A DNA stretch of 64,000 bases from Escherichia coli (GTDB taxonomy: Bacteria > Pseudomonadota > Gammaproteobacteria > Enterobacterales > Enterobacteriaceae): NCBI RefSeq assembly GCF_013122565.1, contig NZ_CP053258.1, one strand, 5' to 3'. The position numbers and the translations under genes were made by a program. The first letter of the stretch is position 1. The number at the start of each line of letters is the position of its first letter. Below are positions 51,414 through 62,747 of this stretch, piece by piece. The notes under the pieces are model-generated. The model ran no database searches and had not been told where the DNA came from. It was given only the letters and a program-made list of their open reading frames with translations.

Positions 51414-52553
51414 ATGGTTTTGCAATCCACGCGCTGGTTGGCGCTCGGCTATTTCACATACTTTTTTAGTTACGGCATTTTTCTACCTTTCTGGAGCGTC
51501 TGGCTTAAAGGGATTGGTTTAACGCCAGAAACCATCGGCCTGTTATTGGGGGCGGGTCTGGTTGCCCGTTTCCTCGGGAGTTTGCTCATCGCGCCCCGCG
51601 TCAGCGATCCTTCTCGCCTGATTTCCGCCTTGCGCGTGCTGGCACTGCTGACACTTCTCTTTGCTGTCGCCTTCTGGGCGGGGGGGCACGTAGCGTGGCT
51701 GATGCTGGTGATGATTGGCTTTAACCTTTTTTTCTCACCGCTGGTACCGTTGACCGATGCACTGGCGAATACGTGGCAAAAGCAGTTCCCGCTTGATTAC
51801 GGCAAAGTGCGACTGTGGGGCTCGGTGGCGTTTGTCATTGGCTCGGCGCTGACGGGCAAACTGGTCACTATGTTTGATTATCGGGTGATCCTCGCGCTGT
51901 TGACGTTGGGCGTGGCATCCATGCTGCTCGGCTTTCTCATCCGTCCGACGATTCAGCCACAAGGGGCAAGCCGCCAGCAGGAGAGCACCGGTTGGTCAGC
52001 GTGGTTGGCGCTGGTTCGCCAGAACTGGCGCTTTCTGGCCTGCGTTTGTTTATTGCAGGGGGCACATGCGGCCTATTACGGTTTTAGCGCCATTTACTGG
52101 CAGGCCGCTGGCTACTCGGCCTCGGCGGTGGGGTATTTGTGGTCGCTGGGCGTGGTGGCGGAAGTCATTATCTTTGCGCTGAGTAATAAACTTTTCCGCC
52201 GTTGTAGTGCACGCGATATGCTGTTGATCTCGGCGATTTGCGGCGTAGTGCGCTGGGGCATTATGGGAGCAACTACGGCGTTGCCGTGGTTGATAGTGGT
52301 GCAAATTCTGCATTGCGGCACCTTCACGGTCTGCCACCTGGCCGCCATGCGTTATATTGCTGCTCGCCAGGGTAGCGAAGTTATCCGTTTACAGGCGGTT
52401 TACTCTGCCGTCGCGATGGGCGGCAGTATCGCTATCATGACCGTTTTCGCCGGTTTCCTGTATCAATATCTGGGCCACGGCGTGTTCTGGGTGATGGCGC
52501 TGGTGGCGCTTCCGGCAATGTTTTTGCGCCCGAAAGTTGTTCCCTCATGCTGA
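51414..52553 (+). CDS. hcaT: MFS transporter (putative 3-phenylpropionate permease)
   Basis: 379-aa 12-TM-like hydrophobic ORF; 3' end overlaps csiE 3' end by 9 bp. Confidence 0.9.
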   Translation: MVLQSTRWLALGYFTYFFSYGIFLPFWSVWLKGIGLTPETIGLLLGAGLVARFLGSLLIAPRVSDPSRLISALRVLALLTLLFAVAFWAGGHVAWLMLVMIGFNLFFSPLVPLTDALANTWQKQFPLDYGKVRLWGSVAFVIGSALTGKLVTMFDYRVILALLTLGVASMLLGFLIRPTIQPQGASRQQESTGWSAWLALVRQNWRFLACVCLLQGAHAAYYGFSAIYWQAAGYSASAVGYLWSLGVVAEVIIFALSNKLFRRCSARDMLLISAICGVVRWGIMGATTALPWLIVVQILHCGTFTVCHLAAMRYIAARQGSEVIRLQAVYSAVAMGGSIAIMTVFAGFLYQYLGHGVFWVMALVALPAMFLRPKVVPSC

Positions 52554-53825
52554 TTCGAGCATTTTGCGGATCTGCTCCTGTTGATGTGTTGTCAGCGTCA
52601 GGTCCGTATAGATCAGCGGTGGTGAAAAGAGCGGTAACGGCATGGCGTAAGGCGCAATAATCAATGCTGCGCCGCGCGGAGCGCCTGTCTGCAAAAATGC
52701 CTTTACCGACATATGCTTAATGTTGAGCGGCAGTAACGTTAGTTCGCGTAACTGCTGCTCAATCTGCGCTTCTCGCTCGCTATCATTCCCGGTCAGTAGA
52801 ATAATCTGTTTTTCATGCAGATCGTTTTCCTGCATTAGCCAGGCACCGAAAATCACCGCGACCAGACCACTTTCCTCATCAGAAAGATGGACGCCGTATT
52901 CACTTTCAAATCCGGTCAACGCCGCGCGGGTGGTGCGCACCAGGCGTGGGTACAGTCTGGAGAACTCTTCCGGCAGGGTGTTATCAATACCGATGGCAAA
53001 CAAACTGCGATTTAACGCCTGGGCGAGGTGGGTATAAAGCTGATCGCATAACCCCTGTTCATCATAAAAACGAACATTTCCCAGCTCACGAAAATGGTTT
53101 ACCAGACGTTTGATAGACTGACGCAATTGTTTGTCCCGCTGATGCGCATCCCGGAGTGGATCGGGAACCCGCAACATGGAAAAAAGTAATGCCATAAACA
53201 GTGGCTCATCAGGCGGTACAGGCTGGAGCGCCCGACGCTGCCAGTGGCGTCCAATTTCCTGCGCTACTTGAAATTCAAGGCAGGATTCCGCCCAGCGACG
53301 TTGGAGCGGATTAAACTGAGGCGTAATTCCAGCGTGGTGTTGCAGCAAACAATATTGCAGATACAGACACAGGAAATGAATATCGCGCGATTCAAAGCGT
53401 TTTTGCAGCCGTCGGGAGCAGAGATTCACTAACGCTTGTAGATTGGTATCGTCGTAAAAGTTACGCGCAATTCCGCGCCGCTTCAGTTCACTCTTCAGGG
53501 CGGGGGTGAATTGGCTGGTAATAAATGACGGACACAGACGGAAACCACGTCGTAGCCAGTGAAATAAACACAAACGTTGGTTAAGCACTGTACCTTCAAC
53601 CCGGTAGCTACCGTCATAACCAGTCGTCAGTGTGAGTTGATGATAGCGCAGGATCTCCCGTCCTGTTTCGCTGATATCAAGACTGGCAATATCATCATCC
53701 ACACCATTAAGCTCGCTGAAGGTTGCCATGGTGGCGGTCAACCCCGGCTGAAAGAGCGTCAGCAAGATCTGGCAGCGGCGCTGGGGAGCCGAAAGGACAG
53801 ATGGTGGAGCAAGCGTAGGCATCAT
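52545..53825 (-). CDS. csiE: Stationary-phase-inducible protein CsiE (PRD-containing)
   Basis: ORF track 52545..53846; ATG at 53825 (MMPTLAPPSVLSAPQRRCQILLTLFQ...) gives 426 aa. Confidence 0.9.
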   Translation of the reverse strand: MMPTLAPPSVLSAPQRRCQILLTLFQPGLTATMATFSELNGVDDDIASLDISETGREILRYHQLTLTTGYDGSYRVEGTVLNQRLCLFHWLRRGFRLCPSFITSQFTPALKSELKRRGIARNFYDDTNLQALVNLCSRRLQKRFESRDIHFLCLYLQYCLLQHHAGITPQFNPLQRRWAESCLEFQVAQEIGRHWQRRALQPVPPDEPLFMALLFSMLRVPDPLRDAHQRDKQLRQSIKRLVNHFRELGNVRFYDEQGLCDQLYTHLAQALNRSLFAIGIDNTLPEEFSRLYPRLVRTTRAALTGFESEYGVHLSDEESGLVAVIFGAWLMQENDLHEKQIILLTGNDSEREAQIEQQLRELTLLPLNIKHMSVKAFLQTGAPRGAALIIAPYAMPLPLFSPPLIYTDLTLTTHQQEQIRKMLESA

Positions 53826-54015
53826 CTGTAGATCTCCCATAAGCATAATTGATAAGAATAGCTAAAGTTTGCTCAGGGAAATGGCGAAGTGAATGCTAAT
53901 CATCAGAAATGTTGGCAAGCGTCACAGAATTTTTCTCATCTTAAACTGTTCTGACCAGTGGATTAGCATGTCTTAAGGTGGTTTTGTGAATGATTATCGC
54001 GCTAGCGATCATGGG

Positions 54016-54870
54016 TTAGTTCTGCGGATTCAACGCGCTAAGGATAAAGTCCACCATCTGTTCGCGATAAACATCGCCGTGACGATCGGAAAAAGCATCA
54101 ATGTGTTCGCCATCCGGGATTAGGATCAACCGTTTTGGCTCTTTTGCCAGGCTATACAACTTTTCGCTGTGCTGCCATGGGATAACGTGATCAGCTTTAC
54201 CATGTATAAGTAAAAGCGGGATCGGGCTGACGCTGGCGATGTAATTTTCGCCGCTGTAACTCTCATCAAGTAAGTAGCCACTGCCGGGGATCATCTGGTT
54301 GGCGATGGTTGCATAAGAGGCAAATGTGGAGTCGAGGATCACCGCACGTATGCCTTCACGATCACCCTGACCAATAACAGCAAGAATATTCGCCCCGCCA
54401 ATACTCTGCCCGAACAGCACCAGCCGTTGTGGGTTTACATCACTGCGATGGCGCACCACATTGATGGCGCTTTGCGTATCGTCCAGCAATCCGGCCTGGG
54501 ACGGCGTGCCTTTTGATTTACCAAACCCGCGATAATCAAACATAAAAACGTTGAAATTACGCTCGGGTAACCAACTGACCAGCGGCCAGTGGGCGGACAT
54601 ATTTCCGGCATTGCCGTGAGCATGAATGATGGTTGCGATGGCGTTGTCAGCAGGGCCCGTCGAAGAAGGGATAAACCAGCCTTGCAGACGAGTACCGTCC
54701 TTAGCCGTAAATTCGACGGATTCCGCCGACCATGGGTCGGGACCGTAAATTTTATCGTCAGGATAATAGAAGAAGTTGATGGCAACGCGCGGCACTAAAT
54801 AAACGCAGAAGGCAACAACAAAGAGAATAAACAGAATTTTGGGAACGCGTTTGTTCACTGGCAGTGCCAT
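54016..54870 (-). CDS. yfhR: Alpha/beta-hydrolase (S9 peptidase-like) membrane-anchored protein
   Basis: ORF track 54016..54897; ATG at 54870 (MALPVNKRVPKILFILFVVAF...) gives 284 aa; GQSIGG nucleophile-elbow motif. Confidence 0.88.
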   Translation of the reverse strand: MALPVNKRVPKILFILFVVAFCVYLVPRVAINFFYYPDDKIYGPDPWSAESVEFTAKDGTRLQGWFIPSSTGPADNAIATIIHAHGNAGNMSAHWPLVSWLPERNFNVFMFDYRGFGKSKGTPSQAGLLDDTQSAINVVRHRSDVNPQRLVLFGQSIGGANILAVIGQGDREGIRAVILDSTFASYATIANQMIPGSGYLLDESYSGENYIASVSPIPLLLIHGKADHVIPWQHSEKLYSLAKEPKRLILIPDGEHIDAFSDRHGDVYREQMVDFILSALNPQN

Positions 54871-55014
54871 AACCTTTCCTTGCGACTTCTTTATCATCCA
54901 TTAATCGGGGAAAGATGGTGGGAGAGTGACGAAAGAAAGTAAAGCGGTGAGGAAGTATTTCGGAATAGCGCCTGAAAGGCGAGGGCGGGTGAGTGATATC
55001 ACCCGCCTGAGTCA

Positions 55015-55818
55015 TTAACGCTTCAGAGCGTCGCTTAACTCGTCACGCATGTTCGCCAGCATGGCTTTAACAACACGCGGGTTACCAGCAACGATGTTAC
55101 CGGTCAGCATATAGTTATGACCACCGGTGAAGTCGCTGACGATGCCGCCCGCTTCACGAACCAGCAGCTCGCCTGCAGCGAAGTCCCACGGGCGCAGACC
55201 GATTTCAAAGAAACCGTCAACACGACCCGCAGCGACGTAAGCCAGATCCAGCGCCGCAGAACCGGTACGACGGAAGTCTGCACATTCGTTGAACAGTTTG
55301 CCGACGATGTTGATGTAGGTAGTGGCGTACTGTTTTGCTTTGAACGGGAAGCCGGTCGCCAGAATAGTACCGTCGAGATCGCGAGCGGTGCTGCCGCGCA
55401 GACGGTAGCCGTTCAGCTGTGCGCCCTGACCGCGAGTGGCGGTGAACAGTTCGTTACGCATAGGATCGTATACCACAGCAACTTCGGTGCGGCCTTTGAT
55501 ACGAACGGCGATAGATACCGCGAAGTGCGGCAGACGTTTGATAAAGTTGGTAGTGCCATCCAGTGGATCGATAACCCATTGAACATCCTGATCAGTACCT
55601 TCAAGTTCACCGCTTTCTTCGGTGATGATGGTGTGCTGTGGGTAAGATTTACGAATCGTGTCGATAATCACCGCTTCGGCAGCTTTATCTACGTTGGTCA
55701 CGAAATCGTTACTGCCTTTCTGGCTCGCTTCTACAGCGTCCGGGGTTTCATAGTTTTTGGCAATTAAATTACCCGCCTTGCGCGCTGCGCGCACGGCGAT
55801 GTTCAGCATCGGATGCAT
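55015..55818 (-). CDS. suhB: Inositol monophosphatase / NusA-interacting protein SuhB
   Basis: 267-aa ORF MHPMLNIAVRAARKAGNLIAKNYE... with IMPase motifs DPLDGT and WDFAAG. Confidence 0.96.
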   Translation of the reverse strand: MHPMLNIAVRAARKAGNLIAKNYETPDAVEASQKGSNDFVTNVDKAAEAVIIDTIRKSYPQHTIITEESGELEGTDQDVQWVIDPLDGTTNFIKRLPHFAVSIAVRIKGRTEVAVVYDPMRNELFTATRGQGAQLNGYRLRGSTARDLDGTILATGFPFKAKQYATTYINIVGKLFNECADFRRTGSAALDLAYVAAGRVDGFFEIGLRPWDFAAGELLVREAGGIVSDFTGGHNYMLTGNIVAGNPRVVKAMLANMRDELSDALKR

Positions 55819-55936
55819 CGGTCTCTCTCACTGGATGTTAAAGAACGGGAAAACGGCGCAGATTATAGCAGCGAGATCGGCATCTGTCTTCGTTTTATGA
55901 TAAGATGCGCTAATAATCTTTAGACGAAGAAAGACA

Positions 55937-56674
55937 ATGCTGCAAAATATTCGAATTGTGCTGGTGGAGACGTCACACACCGGCAATATGGGTTCTGTTG
56001 CCCGTGCCATGAAAACAATGGGATTAACCAATCTGTGGCTGGTTAATCCACTGGTGAAACCCGACTCCCAGGCGATTGCCCTGGCAGCAGGGGCCAGCGA
56101 TGTGATTGGTAATGCTCACATCGTCGATACGCTCGACGAAGCGTTAGCCGGTTGTAGCCTGGTGGTGGGCACCAGCGCACGCTCCCGCACGCTGCCGTGG
56201 CCGATGCTCGACCCGCGCGAATGCGGTCTGAAAAGCGTCGCTGAAGCGGCAAATACCCCGGTGGCGCTGGTTTTTGGTCGCGAGCGTGTTGGCTTGACCA
56301 ATGAAGAGTTGCAGAAATGCCATTATCATGTCGCGATTGCCGCGAACCCGGAATACAGCTCGCTGAACCTGGCGATGGCGGTGCAGGTTATTGCCTATGA
56401 AGTGCGTATGGCCTGGCTGGCAACTCAGGAAAACGGCGAGCAGGTCGAGCATGAAGAGACGCCATATCCGCTGGTCGATGATCTGGAGCGTTTTTATGGT
56501 CATCTCGAACAAACGCTGCTGGCAACCGGTTTTATTCGTGAAAACCATCCGGGGCAGGTGATGAATAAACTGCGACGTCTGTTTACCCGTGCGCGCCCGG
56601 AAAGCCAGGAATTGAATATCCTGCGCGGGATTCTGGCTTCTATAGAGCAGCAGAATAAAGGTAATAAGGCCTGA
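55937..56674 (+). CDS. trmJ: tRNA (cytidine/uridine-2'-O)-methyltransferase TrmJ
   Basis: 245-aa [33 protein letters not shown]..., SpoU/TrmH-class methyltransferase; divergent from suhB. Confidence 0.93.
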
Positions 56675-56700
56675 GGGCTAAGCCAGATAAATGCACGGAC

Positions 56701-56748
56701 GGTCCCCTCGCCCCTTCGGGGAGAGGGTTAGGGTGAGGGGAAGAGGCC
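56701..56748. repeat. GC-rich imperfect-palindrome intergenic element (possibly a small repeat family member)
   Basis: GGTCCCCTCGCCCCTTCGGGGAGAGGGTTAGGGTGAGGGGAAGAGGCC: stem CCCTCGCCCC/GGGGAGAGGG around a TTC loop plus flanking GGG/CCC tracts; resembles what I remember of enterobacterial Box C-type elements but the family assignment is unverified. Confidence 0.35.
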
Positions 56749-56841
56749 AGCGCTAATGCGAATAATTGCCCTCAACCCGCCCATGGTCTGGAAGGACAAC
56801 AGGTACAAACGCCACGATAAAAAAATGGCACTGAAGGTTAA

Positions 56842-56891
56842 ATACCCGACTAAATCAGTCAAGTAAATAGTTGACCAATTTACTCGGGAAT
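56842..56891 (+). promoter_or_regulatory. Two adjacent type-1 IscR binding sites in the iscR promoter (autoregulation)
   Basis: ATACCCGACTAAATCAGTCAAGTAAAT and ATAGTTGACCAATTTACTCGGGAAT, followed by TTGACC at 56899-56904, about 80-130 bp upstream of iscR. Confidence 0.6.
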
Positions 56892-56974
56892 GTCAGACTT
56901 GACCCTGCTATGCAATACCCCCACTTTTACAATAAAAAACCCCGGGCAGGGGCGAGTTTGAGGTGAAGTAAGAC

Positions 56975-57463
56975 ATGAGACTGACATCTAAAGGGCGCTA
57001 TGCCGTGACCGCAATGCTTGACGTTGCGCTCAACTCTGAAGCGGGCCCGGTACCGTTGGCTGATATTTCCGAACGTCAGGGAATTTCCCTTTCTTATCTG
57101 GAACAACTGTTTTCCCGTCTGCGTAAAAATGGTCTGGTTTCCAGCGTACGTGGACCAGGCGGTGGTTATCTGTTAGGCAAAGATGCCAGCAGCATCGCCG
57201 TTGGCGAAGTGATTAGCGCCGTTGACGAATCTGTAGATGCCACCCGTTGTCAGGGTAAAGGCGGCTGCCAGGGCGGCGATAAATGCCTGACCCACGCGCT
57301 GTGGCGTGATTTGAGCGACCGTCTCACCGGTTTTCTCAACAACATTACTTTAGGCGAACTGGTTAATAACCAGGAAGTGCTGGATGTGTCTGGTCGTCAG
57401 CATACTCACGACGCACCACGCACACGCACACAAGACGCGATCGACGTTAAGTTACGCGCTTAA
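56975..57463 (+). CDS. iscR: Fe-S cluster-responsive transcriptional regulator IscR
   Basis: 162-aa [49 protein letters not shown]..., Rrf2 family with three cluster-ligand cysteines. Confidence 0.97.
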
Positions 57464-57574
57464 TAAAAAGAATTCAGAATCAGGCCGGGGCGTATCGCGC
57501 TCCGTAAACACGGTCGTACATCCAGCCGGTAGCCTGATTCCTTGCATTGAGTGATGTACGGAGTTTATAGAGCA

Positions 57575-58789
57575 ATGAAATTACCGATTTATCTCGACTA
57601 CTCCGCAACCACGCCGGTGGACCCGCGTGTTGCCGAGAAAATGATGCAGTTTATGACGATGGACGGAACCTTTGGTAACCCGGCCTCCCGTTCTCACCGT
57701 TTCGGCTGGCAGGCTGAAGAAGCGGTAGATATCGCCCGTAATCAGATTGCCGATCTGGTCGGCGCAGATCCGCGTGAAATCGTCTTTACCTCTGGTGCAA
57801 CCGAATCTGACAACCTGGCGATCAAAGGTGCAGCCAACTTTTATCAGAAAAAAGGCAAGCACATCATCACCAGCAAAACCGAACACAAAGCAGTACTGGA
57901 TACCTGCCGTCAGCTGGAGCGCGAAGGTTTTGAAGTCACCTACCTGGCACCGCAGCGTAACGGCATTATCGACCTGAAAGAACTTGAAGCAGCGATGCGT
58001 GACGACACCATCCTCGTGTCCATCATGCACGTAAATAACGAAATCGGCGTGGTGCAGGATATCGCGGCTATCGGCGAAATGTGCCGTGCTCGTGGCATTA
58101 TCTATCACGTTGATGCAACCCAGAGCGTGGGCAAACTGCCTATCGACCTGAGCCAGTTGAAAGTTGACCTGATGTCTTTCTCCGGTCACAAAATCTATGG
58201 CCCGAAAGGTATCGGTGCGCTGTATGTGCGTCGTAAACCGCGCGTACGCATCGAAGCGCAAATGCACGGCGGCGGTCACGAGCGCGGTATGCGTTCCGGC
58301 ACTCTGCCTGTTCACCAGATCGTCGGTATGGGCGAAGCCTATCGCATCGCAAAAGAAGAGATGGCGACCGAGATGGAACGTCTGCGCGGCCTGCGTAACC
58401 GTCTGTGGAACGGCATCAAAGATATCGAAGAAGTTTACCTGAACGGTGACCTCGAACACGGTGCGCCGAACATTCTCAACGTCAGCTTTAACTACGTTGA
58501 AGGTGAGTCGCTGATTATGGCGCTGAAAGACCTCGCGGTTTCTTCCGGTTCCGCCTGTACGTCAGCAAGCCTCGAACCGTCCTACGTGCTGCGCGCGCTG
58601 GGGCTGAACGACGAGCTGGCACATAGCTCTATCCGTTTCTCTTTAGGTCGTTTTACTACTGAAGAAGAGATCGACTACACCATCGAGTTAGTTCGTAAAT
58701 CCATCGGTCGTCTGCGTGACCTTTCTCCACTGTGGGAAATGTACAAGCAGGGCGTGGATCTGAACAGCATCGAATGGGCTCATCATTAA
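57575..58789 (+). CDS. iscS: Cysteine desulfurase IscS
   Basis: ORF track 57551..58789; ATG at 57575 ([19 protein letters not shown]...) gives 404 aa; PLP-lysine [12 protein letters not shown] and active-site loop SSGSACTS. Confidence 0.98.
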
Positions 58790-58816
58790 TCGGTATCGGA
58801 ATCAGGAGAATTTATA

Positions 58817-59203
58817 ATGGCTTACAGCGAAAAAGTTATCGACCATTACGAGAATCCGCGTAACGTGGGTTCCTTTGACAACAACGACGAGAACGTCGGC
58901 AGCGGCATGGTGGGTGCACCGGCCTGTGGCGACGTGATGAAGTTGCAGATTAAAGTCAACGATGAAGGTATCATTGAAGACGCGCGTTTTAAAACTTACG
59001 GCTGCGGTTCTGCTATCGCTTCCAGCTCCCTGGTCACCGAATGGGTGAAAGGGAAGTCTCTCGACGAAGCGCAGGCGATCAAAAACACCGATATTGCTGA
59101 AGAACTTGAACTGCCGCCGGTGAAAATTCACTGTTCTATTCTGGCAGAAGACGCGATCAAAGCCGCCATTGCGGACTATAAAAGCAAACGTGAAGCAAAA
59201 TAA
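58817..59203 (+). CDS. iscU: Fe-S cluster scaffold protein IscU
   Basis: 128-aa ORF MAYSEKVIDHYENPRNVGSF... with conserved Cys ligands and LPPVK motif. Confidence 0.98.
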   Translation: MAYSEKVIDHYENPRNVGSFDNNDENVGSGMVGAPACGDVMKLQIKVNDEGIIEDARFKTYGCGSAIASSSLVTEWVKGKSLDEAQAIKNTDIAEELELPPVKIHCSILAEDAIKAAIADYKSKREAK

Positions 59204-59219
59204 GAGTTGAGGTTTGGTT

Positions 59220-59543
59220 ATGTCGATTACACTTAGCGACAGTGCAGCAGCGCGAGTAAATACCTTTCTGGCTAACCGTGGCAAAGGGTTTGGCCTGCGT
59301 CTGGGCGTGAGAACCTCCGGATGTTCAGGTATGGCTTATGTACTGGAATTTGTTGACGAACCGACGCCGGAAGACATCGTGTTTGAAGACAAAGGCGTGA
59401 AAGTCGTGGTCGATGGCAAAAGCCTGCAATTTCTGGACGGTACGCAGCTGGACTTCGTAAAAGAAGGCCTGAACGAAGGGTTTAAATTCACCAACCCGAA
59501 CGTTAAAGATGAGTGTGGTTGCGGCGAAAGCTTCCACGTTTGA
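59220..59543 (+). CDS. iscA: Fe-S cluster assembly A-type carrier IscA
   Basis: ORF track 59214..59543 (TTG); ATG at 59220 ([17 protein letters not shown]...) gives 107 aa; C-terminal CGCGESF motif. Confidence 0.96.
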   Translation: MSITLSDSAAARVNTFLANRGKGFGLRLGVRTSGCSGMAYVLEFVDEPTPEDIVFEDKGVKVVVDGKSLQFLDGTQLDFVKEGLNEGFKFTNPNVKDECGCGESFHV

Positions 59544-59638
59544 TGCGCATACCGATAACCCCACCGTGGTCGCCTGCGCGTGGGGTTTGTTTTACCTGAT
59601 TCGCCGTTATCGCGGCGGATCGCAGCCCTGAGAATGTT

Positions 59639-60154
59639 ATGGATTACTTCACCCTCTTTGGCTTGCCTGCCCGTTATCAACTCGATACCCAGGCACTGAG
59701 CCTGCGTTTTCAGGATCTACAACGTCAGTATCATCCTGATAAATTCGCCAGCGGAAGCCAGGCGGAACAACTCGCCGCCGTACAGCAATCTGCAACCATT
59801 AACCAGGCATGGCAAACGCTGCGTCATCCGTTAATGCGCGCGGAATATTTGCTTTCTTTGCACGGCTTTGATCTCGCCAGCGAGCAGCATACTGTGCGCG
59901 ACACCGCGTTCCTGATGGAACAGCTGGAACTGCGCGAAGAACTGGACGAGATCGAACAGGCGAAAGATGAAGCGCGGCTGGAAAACTTTATCAAACGTGT
60001 GAAAAAGATGTTTGATACCCGCCATCAGTTGATGGTTGAACAGTTAGACAACGAGACGTGGGACGCGGCGGCGGATACCGTGCGTAAGCTGCGTTTTCTC
60101 GATAAACTGCAAAGCAGTGCCGAACAACTCGAAGAAAAACTGCTCGATTTTTAA
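59639..60154 (+). CDS. hscB: Co-chaperone HscB (J-domain)
   Basis: 171-aa [39 protein letters not shown]... with HPD J-domain motif. Confidence 0.96.
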   Translation: MDYFTLFGLPARYQLDTQALSLRFQDLQRQYHPDKFASGSQAEQLAAVQQSATINQAWQTLRHPLMRAEYLLSLHGFDLASEQHTVRDTAFLMEQLELREELDEIEQAKDEARLENFIKRVKKMFDTRHQLMVEQLDNETWDAAADTVRKLRFLDKLQSSAEQLEEKLLDF

Positions 60155-60170
60155 TTTCTGGAAGCTAAAC

Positions 60171-62021
60171 ATGGCCTTATTACAAATTAGTGAACCTGGT
60201 TTGAGTGCTGCGCCGCATCAGCGTCGTCTGGCGGCCGGTATTGACCTGGGCACAACCAACTCGCTGGTGGCGACAGTGCGCAGCGGTCAGGCCGAAACGT
60301 TAGCCGACCATGAAGGCCGTCACCTGCTGCCATCTGTTGTTCACTATCAACAGCAAGGGCATTCGGTGGGTTATGACGCGCGTACTAATGCAGCGCTCGA
60401 TACCGCCAACACAATTAGTTCTGTTAAACGCCTGATGGGACGCTCACTGGCTGATATCCAGCAACGCTATCCGCATCTGCCTTATCAATTCCAGGCCAGC
60501 GAAAACGGCCTGCCGATGATTGAAACGGCGGCGGGGCTGCTGAACCCGGTGCTCGTTTCTGCGGACATCCTCAAAGCACTGGCGGCGCGGGCAACTGAAG
60601 CCCTGGCAGGCGAGCTGGATGGTGTAGTTATCACCGTTCCGGCGTACTTTGACGATGCCCAGCGTCAGGGCACCAAAGACGCGGCGCGTCTGGCGGGCCT
60701 TCACGTCCTGCGCTTACTTAACGAACCGACCGCTGCGGCTATCGCCTACGGGCTGGATTCCGGTCAGGAAGGCGTGATCGCCGTTTATGACCTCGGTGGC
60801 GGGACGTTTGATATTTCCATTCTGCGCTTAAGTCGCGGCGTGTTTGAAGTGCTGGCAACCGGCGGTGATTCCGCGCTCGGCGGCGATGATTTCGACCATC
60901 TGCTGGCGGATTACATTCGTGAGCAGGCGGGCATTCCTGATCGTAGCGATAACCGCGTTCAGCGTGAACTGCTGGATGCCGCCATTGCAGCCAAAATCGC
61001 GCTGAGCGATGCGGACTCCGTGACCGTTAACGTTGCGGGCTGGCAGGGCGAAATCAGCCGTGAACAATTCAATGAACTGATCGCGCCACTGGTAAAACGA
61101 ACCTTACTGGCCTGTCGTCGCGCGCTGAAAGACGCGGGTGTAGAAGCTGATGAAGTGCTGGAAGTGGTGATGGTGGGCGGTTCTACTCGCGTGCCGCTAG
61201 TGCGTGAACGGGTAGGCGAATTTTTCGGTCGTCCACCGCTGACTTCCATCGACCCGGATAAAGTCGTCGCTATTGGCGCGGCGATTCAGGCGGATATTCT
61301 GGTGGGTAACAAGCCAGACAGCGAAATGCTGCTGCTTGATGTGATCCCACTGTCGCTGGGCCTCGAAACGATGGGCGGCCTGGTGGAGAAAGTGATTCCG
61401 CGTAATACCACTATTCCGGTGGCCCGCGCTCAGGATTTCACCACCTTTAAAGATGGTCAGACGGCGATGTCTATCCATGTAATGCAGGGTGAGCGTGAAC
61501 TGGTACAGGACTGCCGCTCGCTGGCGCGTTTTGCGCTGCGTGGTATCCCGGCGTTACCGGCTGGCGGAGCGCATATTCGCGTAACGTTCCAGGTTGATGC
61601 CGACGGTCTTTTGAGCGTGACGGCGATGGAGAAATCCACCGGCGTTGAGGCGTCTATTCAGGTCAAACCGTCTTACGGTCTGACCGATAGAGAAATCGCT
61701 TCGATGATCAAAGACTCAATGAGCTATGCCGAGCAGGACGTAAAAGCCCGAATGCTGGCAGAACAAAAAGTAGAAGCGGCGCGTGTGCTGGAAAGTCTGT
61801 ACGGCGCGCTGGCTGCTGATGCCGCGCTGTTAAGCGCCGCAGAACGTCAGGTCATTGACGATGCTGCCGCTCACCTGAGTGAAGTGGCGCAGGGCGATGA
61901 TGTTGACGCCATCGAACAAGCGATTAAAAACGTAGACAAACAAACCCAGGATTTCGCCGCTCGCCGCATGGACCAGTCGGTTCGTCGTGCGCTGAAAGGC
62001 CATTCCGTGGACGAGGTTTAA
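60171..62021 (+). CDS. hscA: Hsp70-type chaperone HscA
   Basis: ORF track 60117..62021; ATG at 60171 ([31 protein letters not shown]...) gives 616 aa. Confidence 0.97.
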   Translation: MALLQISEPGLSAAPHQRRLAAGIDLGTTNSLVATVRSGQAETLADHEGRHLLPSVVHYQQQGHSVGYDARTNAALDTANTISSVKRLMGRSLADIQQRYPHLPYQFQASENGLPMIETAAGLLNPVLVSADILKALAARATEALAGELDGVVITVPAYFDDAQRQGTKDAARLAGLHVLRLLNEPTAAAIAYGLDSGQEGVIAVYDLGGGTFDISILRLSRGVFEVLATGGDSALGGDDFDHLLADYIREQAGIPDRSDNRVQRELLDAAIAAKIALSDADSVTVNVAGWQGEISREQFNELIAPLVKRTLLACRRALKDAGVEADEVLEVVMVGGSTRVPLVRERVGEFFGRPPLTSIDPDKVVAIGAAIQADILVGNKPDSEMLLLDVIPLSLGLETMGGLVEKVIPRNTTIPVARAQDFTTFKDGQTAMSIHVMQGERELVQDCRSLARFALRGIPALPAGGAHIRVTFQVDADGLLSVTAMEKSTGVEASIQVKPSYGLTDREIASMIKDSMSYAEQDVKARMLAEQKVEAARVLESLYGALAADAALLSAAERQVIDDAAAHLSEVAQGDDVDAIEQAIKNVDKQTQDFAARRMDQSVRRALKGHSVDEV

Positions 62022-62022
62022 T

Positions 62023-62358
62023 ATGCCAAAGATTGTTATTTTGCCTCATCAGGATCTCTGCCCTGATGGCGCTGTTCTGGAAGCTAATAGCGGTGAAACC
62101 ATTCTCGACGCAGCTCTGCGTAACGGTATCGAGATTGAACACGCCTGTGAAAAATCCTGTGCTTGCACCACCTGCCACTGCATCGTTCGTGAAGGTTTTG
62201 ACTCGCTGCCGGAAAGCTCAGAGCAGGAAGACGACATGCTGGACAAAGCCTGGGGACTGGAGCCGGAAAGCCGTTTAAGCTGCCAGGCGCGCGTCACCGA
62301 CGAAGATTTAGTGGTCGAAATCCCGCGTTACACTATCAACCATGCGCGTGAGCATTAA
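62023..62358 (+). CDS. fdx: [2Fe-2S] ferredoxin of the isc operon
   Basis: 111-aa [56 protein letters not shown].... Confidence 0.97.
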
Positions 62359-62369
62359 CAGAGGTTAGT

Positions 62370-62570
62370 ATGGGACTTAAGTGGACCGATAGCCGCGAAA
62401 TTGGCGAAGCACTGTACGATGCGTATCCCGATCTTGATCCGAAAACGGTTCGATTCACCGATATGCATCAGTGGATTTGCGATCTGGAAGATTTCGACGA
62501 CGACCCGCAGGCATCCAACGAGAAAATCCTCGAAGCGATTTTGTTAGTCTGGCTGGACGAAGCCGAGTAA
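62370..62570 (+). CDS. iscX: Fe-S assembly protein IscX
   Basis: 66-aa acidic [50 protein letters not shown].... Confidence 0.95.
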
Positions 62571-62747
62571 TTTCCGCGTCATGCTTCACGCCGCAGATGC
62601 GTTGGCTGCGCTCGTTCACCCCAGTCACATAGTTATCTATGCTCCTGGGGCTTCACTCACTTGCCGCCTTCCTGCAACGCGAATCATTTAGCGGAAAAAT
62701 CCTGGGGCTGCCAACTGGCGGCCCTTTTACAAAGAAGGATAACTAAA

